Source: Catajapyx aquilonaris
Taxonomy: Eukaryota
NCBI GenBank assembly: GCA_000934665.2
Contig: KZ537973.1
Span: 62,001-126,000 of the forward strand
DNA length: 64,000 bases
Direction of reading: 5' to 3'
The notes under the pieces were generated by a model. The model searched no databases, was not told the DNA's origin, and worked only from the letters and a program-made list of their open reading frames with translations. Position numbers and translations under genes: made by a program. Shown piece after piece: positions 24,301 through 36,907 of this stretch (position 1 is the stretch's first letter; each line of letters begins with the position of its first letter).

Positions 24301-27300
24301 CTCTTGAACTTGAGCGGTACGCCTCCTTTTAAAATTCTGTGTTCAACCAGGCTCATGCAACTATCTGAACTTGTAAAACGCAGCACTTGCCTACTTTCTC
24401 ACGCCATCACTTGGTATCTGATCCGAGTTACTTAGGAATTTGTCGTCCCATGTGAACAACACCCTTCAAAGCCCCAATCCCTGCTGGAAGTTGCTATTGT
24501 TTAGCAGCATCCTCGCGAGCCGTGATGAGCAGTATGAATCACGGCTAATTTGTCCCGGAGGTGGAATTGGTAGCGAATATCATTAAAGCCGCGGTGTCGG
24601 GGCATAACTGATGAGATTTGACTCGATTATTGCAGAGAACAGGAGGGGCCAGGGGGACTGGGTGGGGTTGAGGGGGGTAAACTAGTAGGCATTTGAGCAC
24701 ACCTGCCCCGTAATAAAATGGTCCGGATCCTCAAGGGTCCCGGGCTCCATAAAGGAAAAGGCACTGGGGGCGTAATACTGGAGTTATGGCTCTGTTAGGT
24801 GCTGGGGGGACCTTGCATGGTGCAAAAAGGAAGGCCAATCGGGTGGAAGACATTGCTGCTGCTCGACAAAGTGAGTGTGTGTGTGCTGGGTGGTTTCTGC
24901 GCCAATGGAATGGTGCCGAATTTATTCCGGTCCCGGCAGGCTTGATTGCTGCTCTTCTCCTGCCCCGCCTGGTGCTTTGCTAATCTGCATTGCGACAAAC
25001 TAGGTGTTATGTGGTGCTGGGAGAAACGGCTGCCAAAAACTGGGTTCAAACCGGCGGAGTCGGTTTTTGGGGTAGAAAAAGTCGAGGTAACGCGAAATTT
25101 CGATATATCGCGTTGACGATCGATACAGCATACGACACTTCCATCGCCCCGGACAGTATCTTTGCTGAACACACTACATCTACTGTAAAAAAAAAATCAA
25201 TGTCGCACTTTCGATTTCAGATATTCAGTTGGCGATATTTCAATTTTTGACATAATGAGAAGCGTTTTTTTTTATAAACATAATGGAAAATGTTGATATT
25301 GCGCAGCTCAAAATCGACGGGGGAAACACAACAAGGAAGTGGTCATGGAAAAATCTGGCTGTGAAACATCTACCGGCCAATAATTGTCATCCAGTGTTGG
25401 TAAACATGCGGTTTGACCTGACAGCCAGGGTTCACAAGTCGTGCCTGTAGGCGAAAGTAGTATTTTCATGACATTTGTTGACTGCGCGCTTATTTTTCGC
25501 GCTGTGTTTTGACAGCTGATGGCGGACAGCGTAGCTGTCCACGTTGCTGAGTTGGGCTGTCCAATTTGGGTTACTTTTTAACTTCGAACCCACCAAAATT
25601 TATGACACGTTACATCACGTTTGTTGCACTGATTTGTGGTTCTAAATTACCGGTAATTAGCGATATGCAAATTGGAACGTTCTGTAATTTAACGCCTCCA
25701 ACAATGGGGGTGAGGATAAACCAAATTGCTTATCTCGGACTAGAAAAAATGACATTAAAGCGACGTCTTTGATATATTGTAAGGTTTTTGTACATTTAGT
25801 GTGAGGAACGATCTTTTTGAGATATGGTAATGAGCTATGGGTGTGTACTTTTTTTCCCTGTCCTGCCCTCCTGGCACAATTGCTCTCGAAGTGGTATACG
25901 GCACAAATAAAAGTCCAACTTCTTTTTTGGGGGGGGAATGCAGACCGAGTTATATAGTCGGCAGCAAAAGGGAAGGGGGGAACTGGGTGGGGGAAATGGA
26001 GACGTCAAAGCGCACGGCCGAATGGTAATAAGTGGGCCAATCCGACTGTAAAAGTTGTTAGGAAGTATGGCTATAAAACGCGGTGGTAGTGAAAATAGGG
26101 GTGCCCCTCCCTATGCCTTCCCTTTCTCTAAAAAGTTGGGGCATCTGTCTGCTGCTAACACCCAGTCGCACAGGATCCAACCTCTAATATGCTGCACAAC
26201 CTAACAACGGGGTTTAAAAAATGACAAGAATCGATGTCTTTTCGGGGGTCGACTAATCGAAAATAAGTTCCCAATTTTTGTAGCCTTATTATTTCCTGTC
26301 CTGTGAACTCATTTCCTAATTAGCTGCGGATGTTCACAGTAAAATTCTATTGCTGTGTTACACTCGTCTTTTCGCAATTGGAAAAAATAATAATCTCGGC
26401 ATGAATTTTTGATGGGACATTCCTGGCGACAACATGCAGTGATGTCTGATGTGGGTCGACGGCATGTCCCATCCTGGGAGGTGTCCTGTCGGGTATAATT
26501 GCAGCACACGTGAGTCCAACCGATGTGTTTCCCTCTGTTCAAGTGCATTGCCCTTTACCTGTAATCATCCAACTCTTGGTGTACTATATACCCTCCCTTC
26601 CCATTTCCCCTTCCCTCCCTCCCCCCCCCCCNCCCCCCCAATGCCCTGCTCCTCCCCCCAGTATTGATCTTTTCACCACATCTGCGGGTACAGTCTGGGT
26701 CCTGTAAACCGCACACGGAGCCAGTTTGCTCCGACAAGGCTTTCCTATCTTGTTTTCCAACCTTGGACAACACTACCCCTACACCCCACCTCCCAGCCTC
26801 TGTTTGCATTTGTGCCTGGAGATGTGCACTCGGCCAACGTTGCTCCTCCTAATTACTTCCCAGAGCTTACTAAGCCCTCGGAAGTGAGCGCGATTTCGCT
26901 TCCACATGCCCCTGTTTTTGGGCGACGGGTTTTTAGGACCGGCAGTTATTCTGGCGACCCACATTACACCAGGGCGGACAAACCGGTTTTATTTGGATAT
27001 TTGCGTGGCCCAGAGTGCGTTTCAGACCGGTTGTCGATACAACGGGGGTTTTTGGGTTGGGTCCAGTATGTATGTTAATTGCTATTTGCAGCAACTATTT
27101 TTATGGGAGGTGTGGGAAGGCATATTTGTCAACAGTATGGCGGGGCCTGGCATATGTTAATTGCTAGCTGCCACTGTTATTTTTCAGGTGGGGTTACATG
27201 CTAATTGCTATTTGCCACTGGTATTTTTCAGATGCACGCATTTGTTCGCAATTAATAGGCGCGTGGGTACAGCGCACAGCATGCTAATGGCTATTTTTAT

Positions 27301-30300
27301 ATCGGTGTGGGAAGGTGTTTTGTACCGCTTTTGTCCAAACGTAAACAACAGTTTAAGTCTTTATTTTACCAATTCAAGTTGCATTACGCAAATTACATGC
27401 TGCCCAAGTACCTCCACATAATGTTTAACCAGAGTATATAAACAAGCGTGCAGCAGCTACATTAGGGCTGATGCGGCTTATTGACAAAAAGTGTGGCCGA
27501 ACACACTGTATACACGCTACTGACCACGATAATGACAATTAATGGGCCACGCGCAAGGAGTCTAATTAGGCGGAATAGCGATCAAAGCCAGTCGGGATGC
27601 AAAAAAAAAAGTCATCCACTTCTTTTGTTCTGTGCAAACTGGTTCTTCAAAATAAAAAAAGGAGGGGGGAGAATTAAAATGGACTGTGAGAATAGCGCGA
27701 CCGATAGAGCAAAAGGACGTAATTTTCCGGGTGCAAGATCGCTCATTAAAAGAAACGAGGGGAATGGGGCATGGGGGCGGAGAGGAGGGGGTGGGATAAA
27801 AATTTCCGGCAGTGCGGGCACAATTCCAGATGGTATTGATCATTGATTCTGCAGCTGCTTTTGGGAATCGATATGGTGCTCGGACGATAACGCTCGACAC
27901 TTATTTCTCTGCCCATTTATCGTTTGGGATATATAATGTTTCAGGATAAAGCCATCGTGACGGGGATGCGCGCGCAGACTCAGCTGATGGGGAGAAAATG
28001 GTCCCGAACCTGCATTTTCGCTAATGTGTGTGAACTCTGTAATTGGCTTTTTGGGCATCAATTCTGCTGGGAATAACCTCATGGAGTCTAGACGACGCTC
28101 TGGTTCTCCGGGAAAACAGGATCGCGGTAATTCAATTCATTTCCAGGCTGGAATTGGAGCGCGATCGGGAGAGGAATTCTTTCGGATAGGCCTCCGATAG
28201 TTCGATTCCACTCACGTCGCTGCCAAATTCGCCCAAAATCCAGTCCTTCCCCTCTTTTTTGGCCCCTTCCAGGACTGGAGAAAAAGACTGCCTGTTGTGT
28301 TTCCGCTGCTCGCTTTCCATTCCGGTGGACACTAAAAGACAAGACCAGATCGAACACGCCCTCTGGCTCAGAGAAGGGTTATAACCAAATTGGGGAAGGT
28401 GGAATCTGGAGGTGACGTCACCAGAGCGTTCAAGGTCGCTCGAGGTTACTTTCGTATCTACATAATGCCCGTTTGGATGCCGAGTGCGGTTGATGCAGGC
28501 GTCAAGAGGGCATCTGACACACTCCAGTAGTTGGAGAACTGAAACTTTCTCGACTGCGGGAAAAGGAGACAGCTGGATCCAATATGGCCGACGTGACTGC
28601 GGTCGACCTTACCCTCTTTCACATGAGTTGGAACTGCTCTCTTATTAACCGGTTCCAACACCAAAAAGTGCTCGAGTTTACTACTTAAAACCGCCTTCAC
28701 AAAAGTGTCAAGTCGTAACCGGCACCGACGTTGGCTCATTAGAAGCTAGTTCCAGTGCAAATGATTGAGGGTGCGGGCGACCTGGGAGGGAGCGGCCATT
28801 TTGAGTCCGACTGGCCCGCTTTTTCATGGTTACAGCCCGTTGTAAATTGTTTGGGTGGGTGGGTGGGCTGGCCTTTCCCCCCGCCCCGGTGACGAAAGAC
28901 GATCCCACCGCGAGTGATGAATTTGTGGCGTGAAATTGGCATTGTCCGAAATCAGCACGCGTGTCGCCGAATTATGTCGCATGCATGCAATGTCAATATT
29001 GCAGTGATCCGATCACAAAAGCGGTTCCACAAAATTTGCCCGTCATTTGATACTCGCCGTCGGGTATCGCGTGCTATCCAGCCGCATACCCACCCCTCCC
29101 TACATAATAATCGAGGAAAGGTTCCCTACGATAACCAAAATTGACCATTCCCATGGCGTATCTTCTCGAGCTAATATTAGGACTCGAAGGAAACAGATTC
29201 ACTTTTGTATAGAGTGTGGGTGGGTGGGCGGGGGCGATGCGGGGATGCCAGGGAAAGTTACAGTAACCTATCCCAACCGATGGACTTTGCTCGTTGAAAG
29301 TGTAGAGTAAATACAGGCTGGCGTCAAGGTTACAGGGTTTTTGAAGGGGATGCTTTCCTCTGATGTGTGTGCGATGCTCGGGGAAGCTCTTTCAGAAAAA
29401 CTCGTTTGTCTTATGAATGCCAAGACACATTCGAAATGTTTCAAAATGAATTTTGAGACAGTTTGCGGTATTGATTTGGTATCGCACCTTCTAATCGGGA
29501 ATGAGAATCTGGTTCTTCCCTCGTCTTAAAGTATTATCAGAGTTTCTAAAGTTGCGGCGCCCTTGAACCACATACGCGCATCAACCTGCACCAGCCAGGA
29601 TTCCGACCTGTAATTAACAGATTACGAGCCGGTAATCCCCCCCTGTTGTATACACCCGGCTTAAATTAAAAGCGAGAGACACTTGACCTCCATAACACGC
29701 GCTGAGTTTAAAATAGGCCTACGTACCTCACGTATTTTTGGAGCGGTGATATCAACTGGAAAACATGACCCACAAAAAAAAATTGGTGTTTTTTTTTTGC
29801 GGATGGTAGTGGGGAGGCTGGGGTGGAACACACTGAGGGTGGGTAGGTGGGGGTGGTTGAAGGAAGCACACAGATATCACTTGTCACTGTGGTTCTTCCA
29901 TCGGGGAGGAAAAAGAGTTAGGTGCACCAGCCCATCCCCGAGTCCCCGGCTGGAATGGGGGATAGGATGGAGCCCGCCGGACCTTCATAGGCTGCAACAA
30001 CCCCCCTCCCCCTCTCCCCCTCTATTCCCATCCCCATCCCCCCCTCCTGCTCCTCCCTCCCCCACCTTGGGATCGAATATAGGGTAGTAGCCAGGCGCAG
30101 GGTGCTGCTGCTGCCACTGCTCCACTTGGATTTTCGGTCCTCACGACGATCCTACCCCTGGGCTGCCAAACTATTTCTCTCTTTTTTTTAGATGGGGGGA
30201 GGGGATAAAGGGGGGCAGTGACGAGTTGGGTAGTTTGTGGCTTGCCTCCATTCATGATTGCACCTGCACATTGCGACTTTGAGGTGCACCCCAGCAGGTT

Positions 30301-33300
30301 GGAGTCGAAATATTTGAAGTTGGGGGGTTTTCAAAGTGGTCCATCTGGATTTGAATTTGGCGCGGAGCCACTTTTCAGTTGATTTTGTAGGGGCCAGACC
30401 AATAATTATAATCATCATCATCATCATCTTAGGAGATCTTTTCTTAAATGTCTCTCTTGATTCACACAGCGCACAAATGAAAGATCCCATTTTACGTAAA
30501 TTATATGTAAAATTGGTATCAAGTACCCCACTTATGAGAAGCACATGAGCAAGCTAACTAAATGCACTTGGTTCAGTGACAGTTACCAAACAGCGAAATG
30601 TTGTTGCCAACGCAGCTTGTACATATAATTTTAAAGCAACTGTTGTTTCCTTGGACTTTAAAACTGTTCTTTAATGGGAAAAAGGATTTACTTGCTGTAA
30701 CTTAATCCAATCCTTTCCTATACGAGACACAAGTGACTTCTGGGTAGTGTTTTAGCCAGAATTTACTTACCTGTCTGACATCTCGGCTTTTATGTTCCAT
30801 TATATTCTAGGGTTTCAGTAATTTTTGCTCCACGAAACTTTTTAAAAAATTAGTGTTTTTTTTTAAAATCCTGGCACGTCAGTTAAGTAATCCCGTGCTT
30901 GAGCTACCTTTGTGACATGGATTGGGAATAACTGAGGCAGCATTTGGCGAAACGGCCCTCTCGGGATAAACACAAACTTTGGGACAATTTATTCAGTTTG
31001 AAAAGTGGGTTCGCCCGAGTTTAGAATTACTTGGTTCAACTCGCTTTCCAAGTTCAGAGTTTTGCCAAGCAGAAAGTTTTGGAACAATTACGCACTCTCG
31101 CCCCCCCCCCCCCCCCCNCCCCCTCGTCTCATTTTGTCTTCTTTTCTTAAGGGGGAACCCGAGAGAGAGTAGATGGCTTATAAACTCCGGGCGTGGTTAT
31201 TTTTTATGGCTGTTTGGATACGAAACACAGTTTGTTTGACATAGAGGCTCGCTTTTCGTCGAGTCTGCACTTATTACGCGGCATTATGCTTTTTTGCAGT
31301 GATTTAGGTTACTTTTAGAGTGGTGGTGCTGTGGCTGGGAGGGTGTGGGGGTAGAAGCCCCAAAATAAATAAATGAAGGGCTGCACCCGGCAGCTTTCGA
31401 GCTGAGCGGTTACTGCTCTCGGGTAATGTTGTGTGCACGTGGTGATTGTAATGCATTGGCTCGTTAAGGTCAACGTGTCGTGCTATTTGCGTAGTAGATG
31501 GCCCTTGGGTAGTGATAACTGCACACCTGAGGAAATATTCTACCCCCAGTAGAAAGCCCTGTTTTAAAAAAAATGTGTGCCAACAATGGTATCAAAAGTG
31601 GCCAAACAATTTTTTTCATGCTTTTACACACAGAATAAAATGGGTAGCATTTTTAGGTTTGGATATCTACCAACACCCTGTATTTCAGAAAGAGTGATCT
31701 ATAGCTGGGAATAGCCGCATAGCGACTGTACCATAGCGGCATGTTCTTCATAAATTGTTTGCTTGATCAAGCTAAGGAGGCGAGGAATCTAGATGAATAT
31801 GCAAAGGCGGCGTACTGTACTTTGCTTGCTTAATACAACCGTGCTGCTCTGAGCTTGATGAAACTTTTGTTCGTCCATTGTGTACTCATTGCACTGTACG
31901 GTGGGGAGTCTAGTGCAATAATTATTCGGCCGGCCTCTCTGGTGTTTCTGCAGGCATGTCCAGCTAATTGTTGTGAAACGTCCCACTCACGCGTAACAAC
32001 AAAAAAAAGTGTGTACACGAGGCAGAACTTTCATATATCAGGTAGGTTCAAACGAAGCCTTTCATGTAAATTTGGATAGTGTTTTATTAGATTAGAAGTG
32101 CAGGTCATGTTTCGAGGTGTCCCATTTTCATGTAAAGTTGGTAGCTATATCAACTTATGTGAACATTGTGCGTTTTTTTTCATTTCCCCGGGGCGGATCA
32201 CCCTCAATCTGTCGCTCTCTCACGAACTAATTAGGCCAAAAATATTGACAAGGCCCACATGGTATTGGAATTGGTTGAGCAGTTTTCCTTTGACTCTTGG
32301 ATGCCCAGATTGTAACCACCAGCACGAACTTTTGATGTGCACCGAATTTTAATGCGCTCGTAAAAGGCCACCAGGATCATAGAGGGGGAAAAAAAAGCGC
32401 TATTCTATCCCAGCTTCCAATCACTTGACGATCGAAAAAAGTTATATATGCTGCGTATTTACGTTGATGTAGGTCGACATTGGGCAGAGGGCCAGCATAT
32501 GCATTCGTTCCTGTGCAGTGATATCGCTTTTTTGGCAGCATTTTGTGGGAAGGAGTTGTCGCGCACCATTACCTATGCGCGTATAGCTCGAAGTGAAGTA
32601 ACTGCTACTTTTGGCTGATATGTTACAAACTGCTTCTGGCACAATGGAAAGAGAACCTTTCCCTATACTTTAAGGAGTGCGCTAAAATCCCGAACTGCTG
32701 CCGCATTTTGAAGGCAGCAGCGTTTATGTCTGTTTCGATCCGGTCTCGGCAACGTGACGGATTTTGTGTGGTCAGGCCAAATGATCTGCAGCGCCGGAAG
32801 AGAGAAATGATAGAAAAACGAGGATCAGAAAAATCCCTCCGATCCAACGCTACCAACATTACCGAAAAAGTCGAAACTCTTTTTTTTCTCTCTCTCTGTA
32901 TAACCTTTGGAACGGATTTCGATGCTGTTAGTGTGGTAAAGACTGAACTGTCACGAGGCTTAGCACTCTTTTTGGGAGGACTGCGCAAGAAAACTGCGCT
33001 GAGGAAAAAAAAAATCCGCCCCCTCTTTTTTGGGCCATTGCAGTGGAAATGGGCTAAGATTTTCTCTCCCCCCCCCCCCTCTCTTTTTTGGCAGAATGCG
33101 GCTGTGGCCGCCCTCAATTTTCCCACTCTAGTGTCCCCCATATTCGTCGCCTCGTGCCTGGAAGCCACCCAAGGCGATCTGTCCCCTGCACCACTTCCGG
33201 ATTTTGAACAAGTGTCGAGCACCCCGCTTATGAGTGTTGCAGCCGAATTGCCGAGGGTTTATTATTACTATTTTTTAACCCCCATGCTGCGGACAGGGTA

Positions 33301-34936
33301 CATGCATAATCGCATCCAGGACCAATCAGGATTTAGCGCGGGGATGACGGGGGTGTTGCGGGATAAAGCCACTATGGACATGGGAGGGTGTCCGGCGATC
33401 AATTTGGACGCCGGCGACGGAGGACAGATGGACAACCGGGCTGTTATCGGGACTGTTATTTTTCCTGCCGGCTACAACAGCTTGAGGAGAGTGTTTTTTC
33501 CAAGTCACTCGAGAAAAATTGGCGACTGGGATTCCGTGCTGGTTTTCCACCGGTTTCCTTTGCTATACGTGTACTGTGCGATATTTCGTTGTACTCTATG
33601 CTGGGGTAAACTATCCCTATAGAACTGTTCACCACATTGATTAACTTCAAGGCGCCGTTCATGCCTGGGTGGACACTAAATTTTTATGGATGTATTAGGA
33701 GGGGTTCTGTCCTTTGCTTTATTTATGGTCCAAGTATTTTTGGAGCTTGTAAGCAAATGGGCAATTTCCTACGACACTTCCTGTATGGAGTCAGTGACGT
33801 TTTTATTTCTGTTGCGGCTGGCATTTTACATGAGAATTTGGATTTACTCGCATCGTGACACGCTAGTAGGTGGAAAATTAATGAAAGACTTGGGAAATGC
33901 TACATCAGTGCCGTTATAATTCATCACAGAATCAGCTTGTCATAACACAGTCGACATCACTGTTGTCGCAGTATGATAAAAAATGGCACAATGACATTAC
34001 ACAACTCTGTTAAATCCCGTGTGTGCAGTTCCCTCCCTAATCACAAAGCAAATGCGGACAATTGCATTATACCATTGCGGGCAGAAAGCAACATGAGGCC
34101 TGCTTTGAGGAACGTTGTTAGTTACAGTGATAACGGCGATGCGATGAGACAGAGGGACAGGAGCATTGATCAGGCTTCTATACGCAACGTAACATCCTGA
34201 AGTGGGTCTGTAATGTCCTAATTGAGCTGGATTGATGCTGCACGCTTCATTTGAGTTCCAGGCTGGAGGGACCTCCTTCCCCCATTAGGACCTGGCGAAA
34301 TTAATTTTAGAGCAAATCTGGCCAAGTCCCTCCCCGTCAACTTGCGGAAATCAAGTGGGCACAAATGCAAGCGGCGGACTAGGAAATGACGAAACTTTGC
34401 GCTCCAGATACAGCAGAGACTAATATCATCCTCTCTCGGCTAGGCGCTTATTGGGATTCGGTTCACTCCCATTTCTTTTCTCAGGGCGGGGAATTAGACA
34501 CGCCATGTATCCAACCGAGGAGACATTAGTCATAACTGGCAGGAGGCGTTTAAGGCGCCAGTTTGTCTGTGCAATCTGCTGCGACGACGTCCTGCGCAGG
34601 AAGCTCTGCTCATGCGCCGTGCGGATTGCGCATGTGTTCTGCGCATAGAGGCAGATATTCATTTCATTTTTGACGATAGCAACATTGCTTTACATCTTCA
34701 ATAGTGAATGCTGTTATTATATTTGTAAAATGTAATTGTTAAAAAGGAGCCTCTAAAACTTGCTTGGAAAATAGAAGTAGTTGTGTGAATGGGCCTTGTA
34801 GCAAATGCTAGCATGGGTTGCGTTTTTTTTCTTCTTACGACATCACACTTCACAGCACAAATTGCCTTGTACACAGAACACATTTACACGTATATTACGG
34901 GTGATAAAACAACAGTGTTACACCTTAACGTTTAAT

Positions 34937-34942
34937 TTTATT
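34937..34942 (-). terminator. Candidate polyadenylation signal of lectin A
   Basis: AATAAA on the minus strand a few bases after the TAA stop (TAAACGCAATAAAA). Confidence 0.55.
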
Positions 34943-34946
34943 GCGT

Positions 34947-36304
34947 TTACTGATTGAACTTACAGATATAGCTGAATGTGTATGAGCAAGGAGTGGCTGC
35001 GGCGTTAGTCTTTGTGTCGTTTTCGTAGTTGCCAAGTGACATACACTGTGCCATCTTGATCTGGCCATCCGGTTGTGGAGCCATGGTGTCCTTCCAGTAT
35101 TTTAAATTCGTGATTGTTTCGCCCGTTGATTCCCATTTCCAGACATATCCCGTGTTGTCGTTAGCGTATCCATCGAGCCAGTGGAGGTTAGTTTCCGGAC
35201 TGCCCAAGTCTGAAATACATTTTTGTAAGTGCTGGAAGTAGCCTATTATCTGTCAAATAATATAAAAAAATCAGCCACATATATTCCAGCACATGCTCAA
35301 GGTGATGTATGGGAAAAAAATTAGTCTAGTGCTAATGGTTGCCAAGACAGGCTTGGGCGAAACTTTCTGAGAGATTGGTCCATATTACGTATAGTGTAAA
35401 TGCACTAAAAATAGCTTACTGGAATAAATTCTCCGTTAAATGACGGTTGTTTGGTGTACTATGTAGGATTATTATTATTAGAACCTTGGGGTAACTCACA
35501 ATTGTAGAGGTATTCGGATAAGGCTGTGTGAGTCATGTCGTCCGGTATGGTAGCACGAGTCGCTTTCATCAGCGTGCAGTGCTTTCCAGCGTCATCAAAT
35601 GAAACTTTGACTTTGTTGCTGAAGAAATAGCAGCCTGTCATCAGTTTGACGAATCGGTTGGGACATACTATGGAAGTGAACGGGCAATTGGCTATATCCA
35701 CAGCATCAGCTCGGATGCCCAAATCCGATATGTTCTCTTCTTGCTGTTCTTCCTCTTCGGCCGAGCACGACCCGACTGCTTCCTTTTGACACACGTAGGC
35801 GTAGTTTTGCAGGCAGAAGTCGTCGGCCCACTTGTAGTCCTTGGACCAATCCATCGCCAGACACTCCTGGCGTTGGGAGAGGTCATCTGGCTGACCCACT
35901 GCCCAGTTGGAGTACAGGATGTCCTCGAAGGTGTCATGCCAAATCCACCTTCCTTCCCGACCCAAGTCGCTTCCTCCTAACCACATGTTCTTCTTCAGAA
36001 CTGAAAGGAAATGCGCCGCGATAAGATGACAGGAGCTTATAATAGAGAGACCCTGGCCTAACTCACCTTCTACGACATGAGTTTTGAGTGCGTTGACTTC
36101 CTCTGGAGTCTCGGGTGTAGCTAGAAACGCGTCCATCTTGACACAATCCTCTAGAGCCACGTACCAATTGGTTCCGGTCACATTGAAGAAGTAACACATG
36201 TCAGTGGATCCGGGGATGCTCTCGAACGGCCACTGACACAGATTCTGACCCCTGGCCTCGAATATCGCGTGTGATAGGAGGCAGAGCAACGCAGTGTAGC
36301 GCAT
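34947..36304 (-). CDS. Secreted dual-CRD C-type lectin (paralog A), about 333 aa, 3 exons
   Basis: Exons 36304-36067, 36000-35500, 35209-34947 (GT-AG, phase 1/1, 1002 nt). Signal peptide MRYTALLCLLSHAIFEARG. CRD1 has CYFF, WLGG, WxW, QPD, WAD and YVCQ; an acidic linker follows; CRD2 has CYFF, WLDG, WKW, QPD and YICK. Confidence 0.92.
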
Positions 36305-36503
36305 TCTGGCCTCCGGATACCCCTTTTCGGGTCTTGCTCCTGATATTGTTAGAAGAAATCTGACATACCTGCGGCGCTAGCCGAAACAAAAGCTATTGTC
36401 TCGCACATTCATTTGATATCGTCAAAACATGATCCGCCGGCCCAATGCGCGTCAGACTCTCTCCAGGAAAGATGGGCATGAACAAACGAGGTGCGTGGGA
36501 GAG

Positions 36504-36511
36504 CTTTTTAT
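36504..36511 (-). promoter_or_regulatory. Candidate TATA box of lectin A
   Basis: TATAAAAA on the minus strand about 200 bp upstream of the ATG; the paralog has a comparable element. Confidence 0.5.
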
Positions 36512-36705
36512 ACCAGTGACTACCCCACCTGATGTAGAGAGGCAGCTGTGAATTGTATCTTTTAATGTGTTATTGACAAAGTCCCATGTAGATTGCTTCA
36601 TGCATTCTATTATTTGATATTGATAATAGCGCTACAAATCAAATTTGAGGTGTATTTTTTTCCTCTATATCCATGCAAGTTTACAAACCCTCACAGTATA
36701 CAAGT

Positions 36706-36828
36706 TTCGATGGGTTCTCGCCGTGTCTGCGTGGGTTTTCTCGGGGTTCTCCCGTTTCCTCCCACTACCAAAAACCCATAACATGAATGGCGCAGACATC
36801 CTTAGTTGCTTCGGCACAACCAACCAAT
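36706..36828 (+). mobile_element. 5'-truncated SINE sharing the V-like core of the 1830-2100 SINE, with a (CAAC)n tail
   Basis: Contains TTCGATGGGTTCTC...GTGGGTTTTCTCGGGGTTCTCCCGTTTCCTCCCA and ends ACAACCAACCAAT. 12-bp target-site duplication CAGTATACAAGT at 36694-36705 and 36829-36840. Confidence 0.85.
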
Positions 36829-36907
36829 CAGTATACAAGTATCCATGGACTCTGAACGTTTTGTCATCAAATCATATAATTATAGTTTAATCTTCACTAG
36901 TATGTAT

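Noticed and set aside
32623..33622. 304-aa (+) and 199-aa (-) ORFs
   Set aside because: They run through homopolymer tracts and show no codon bias, domain or convincing splice structure.
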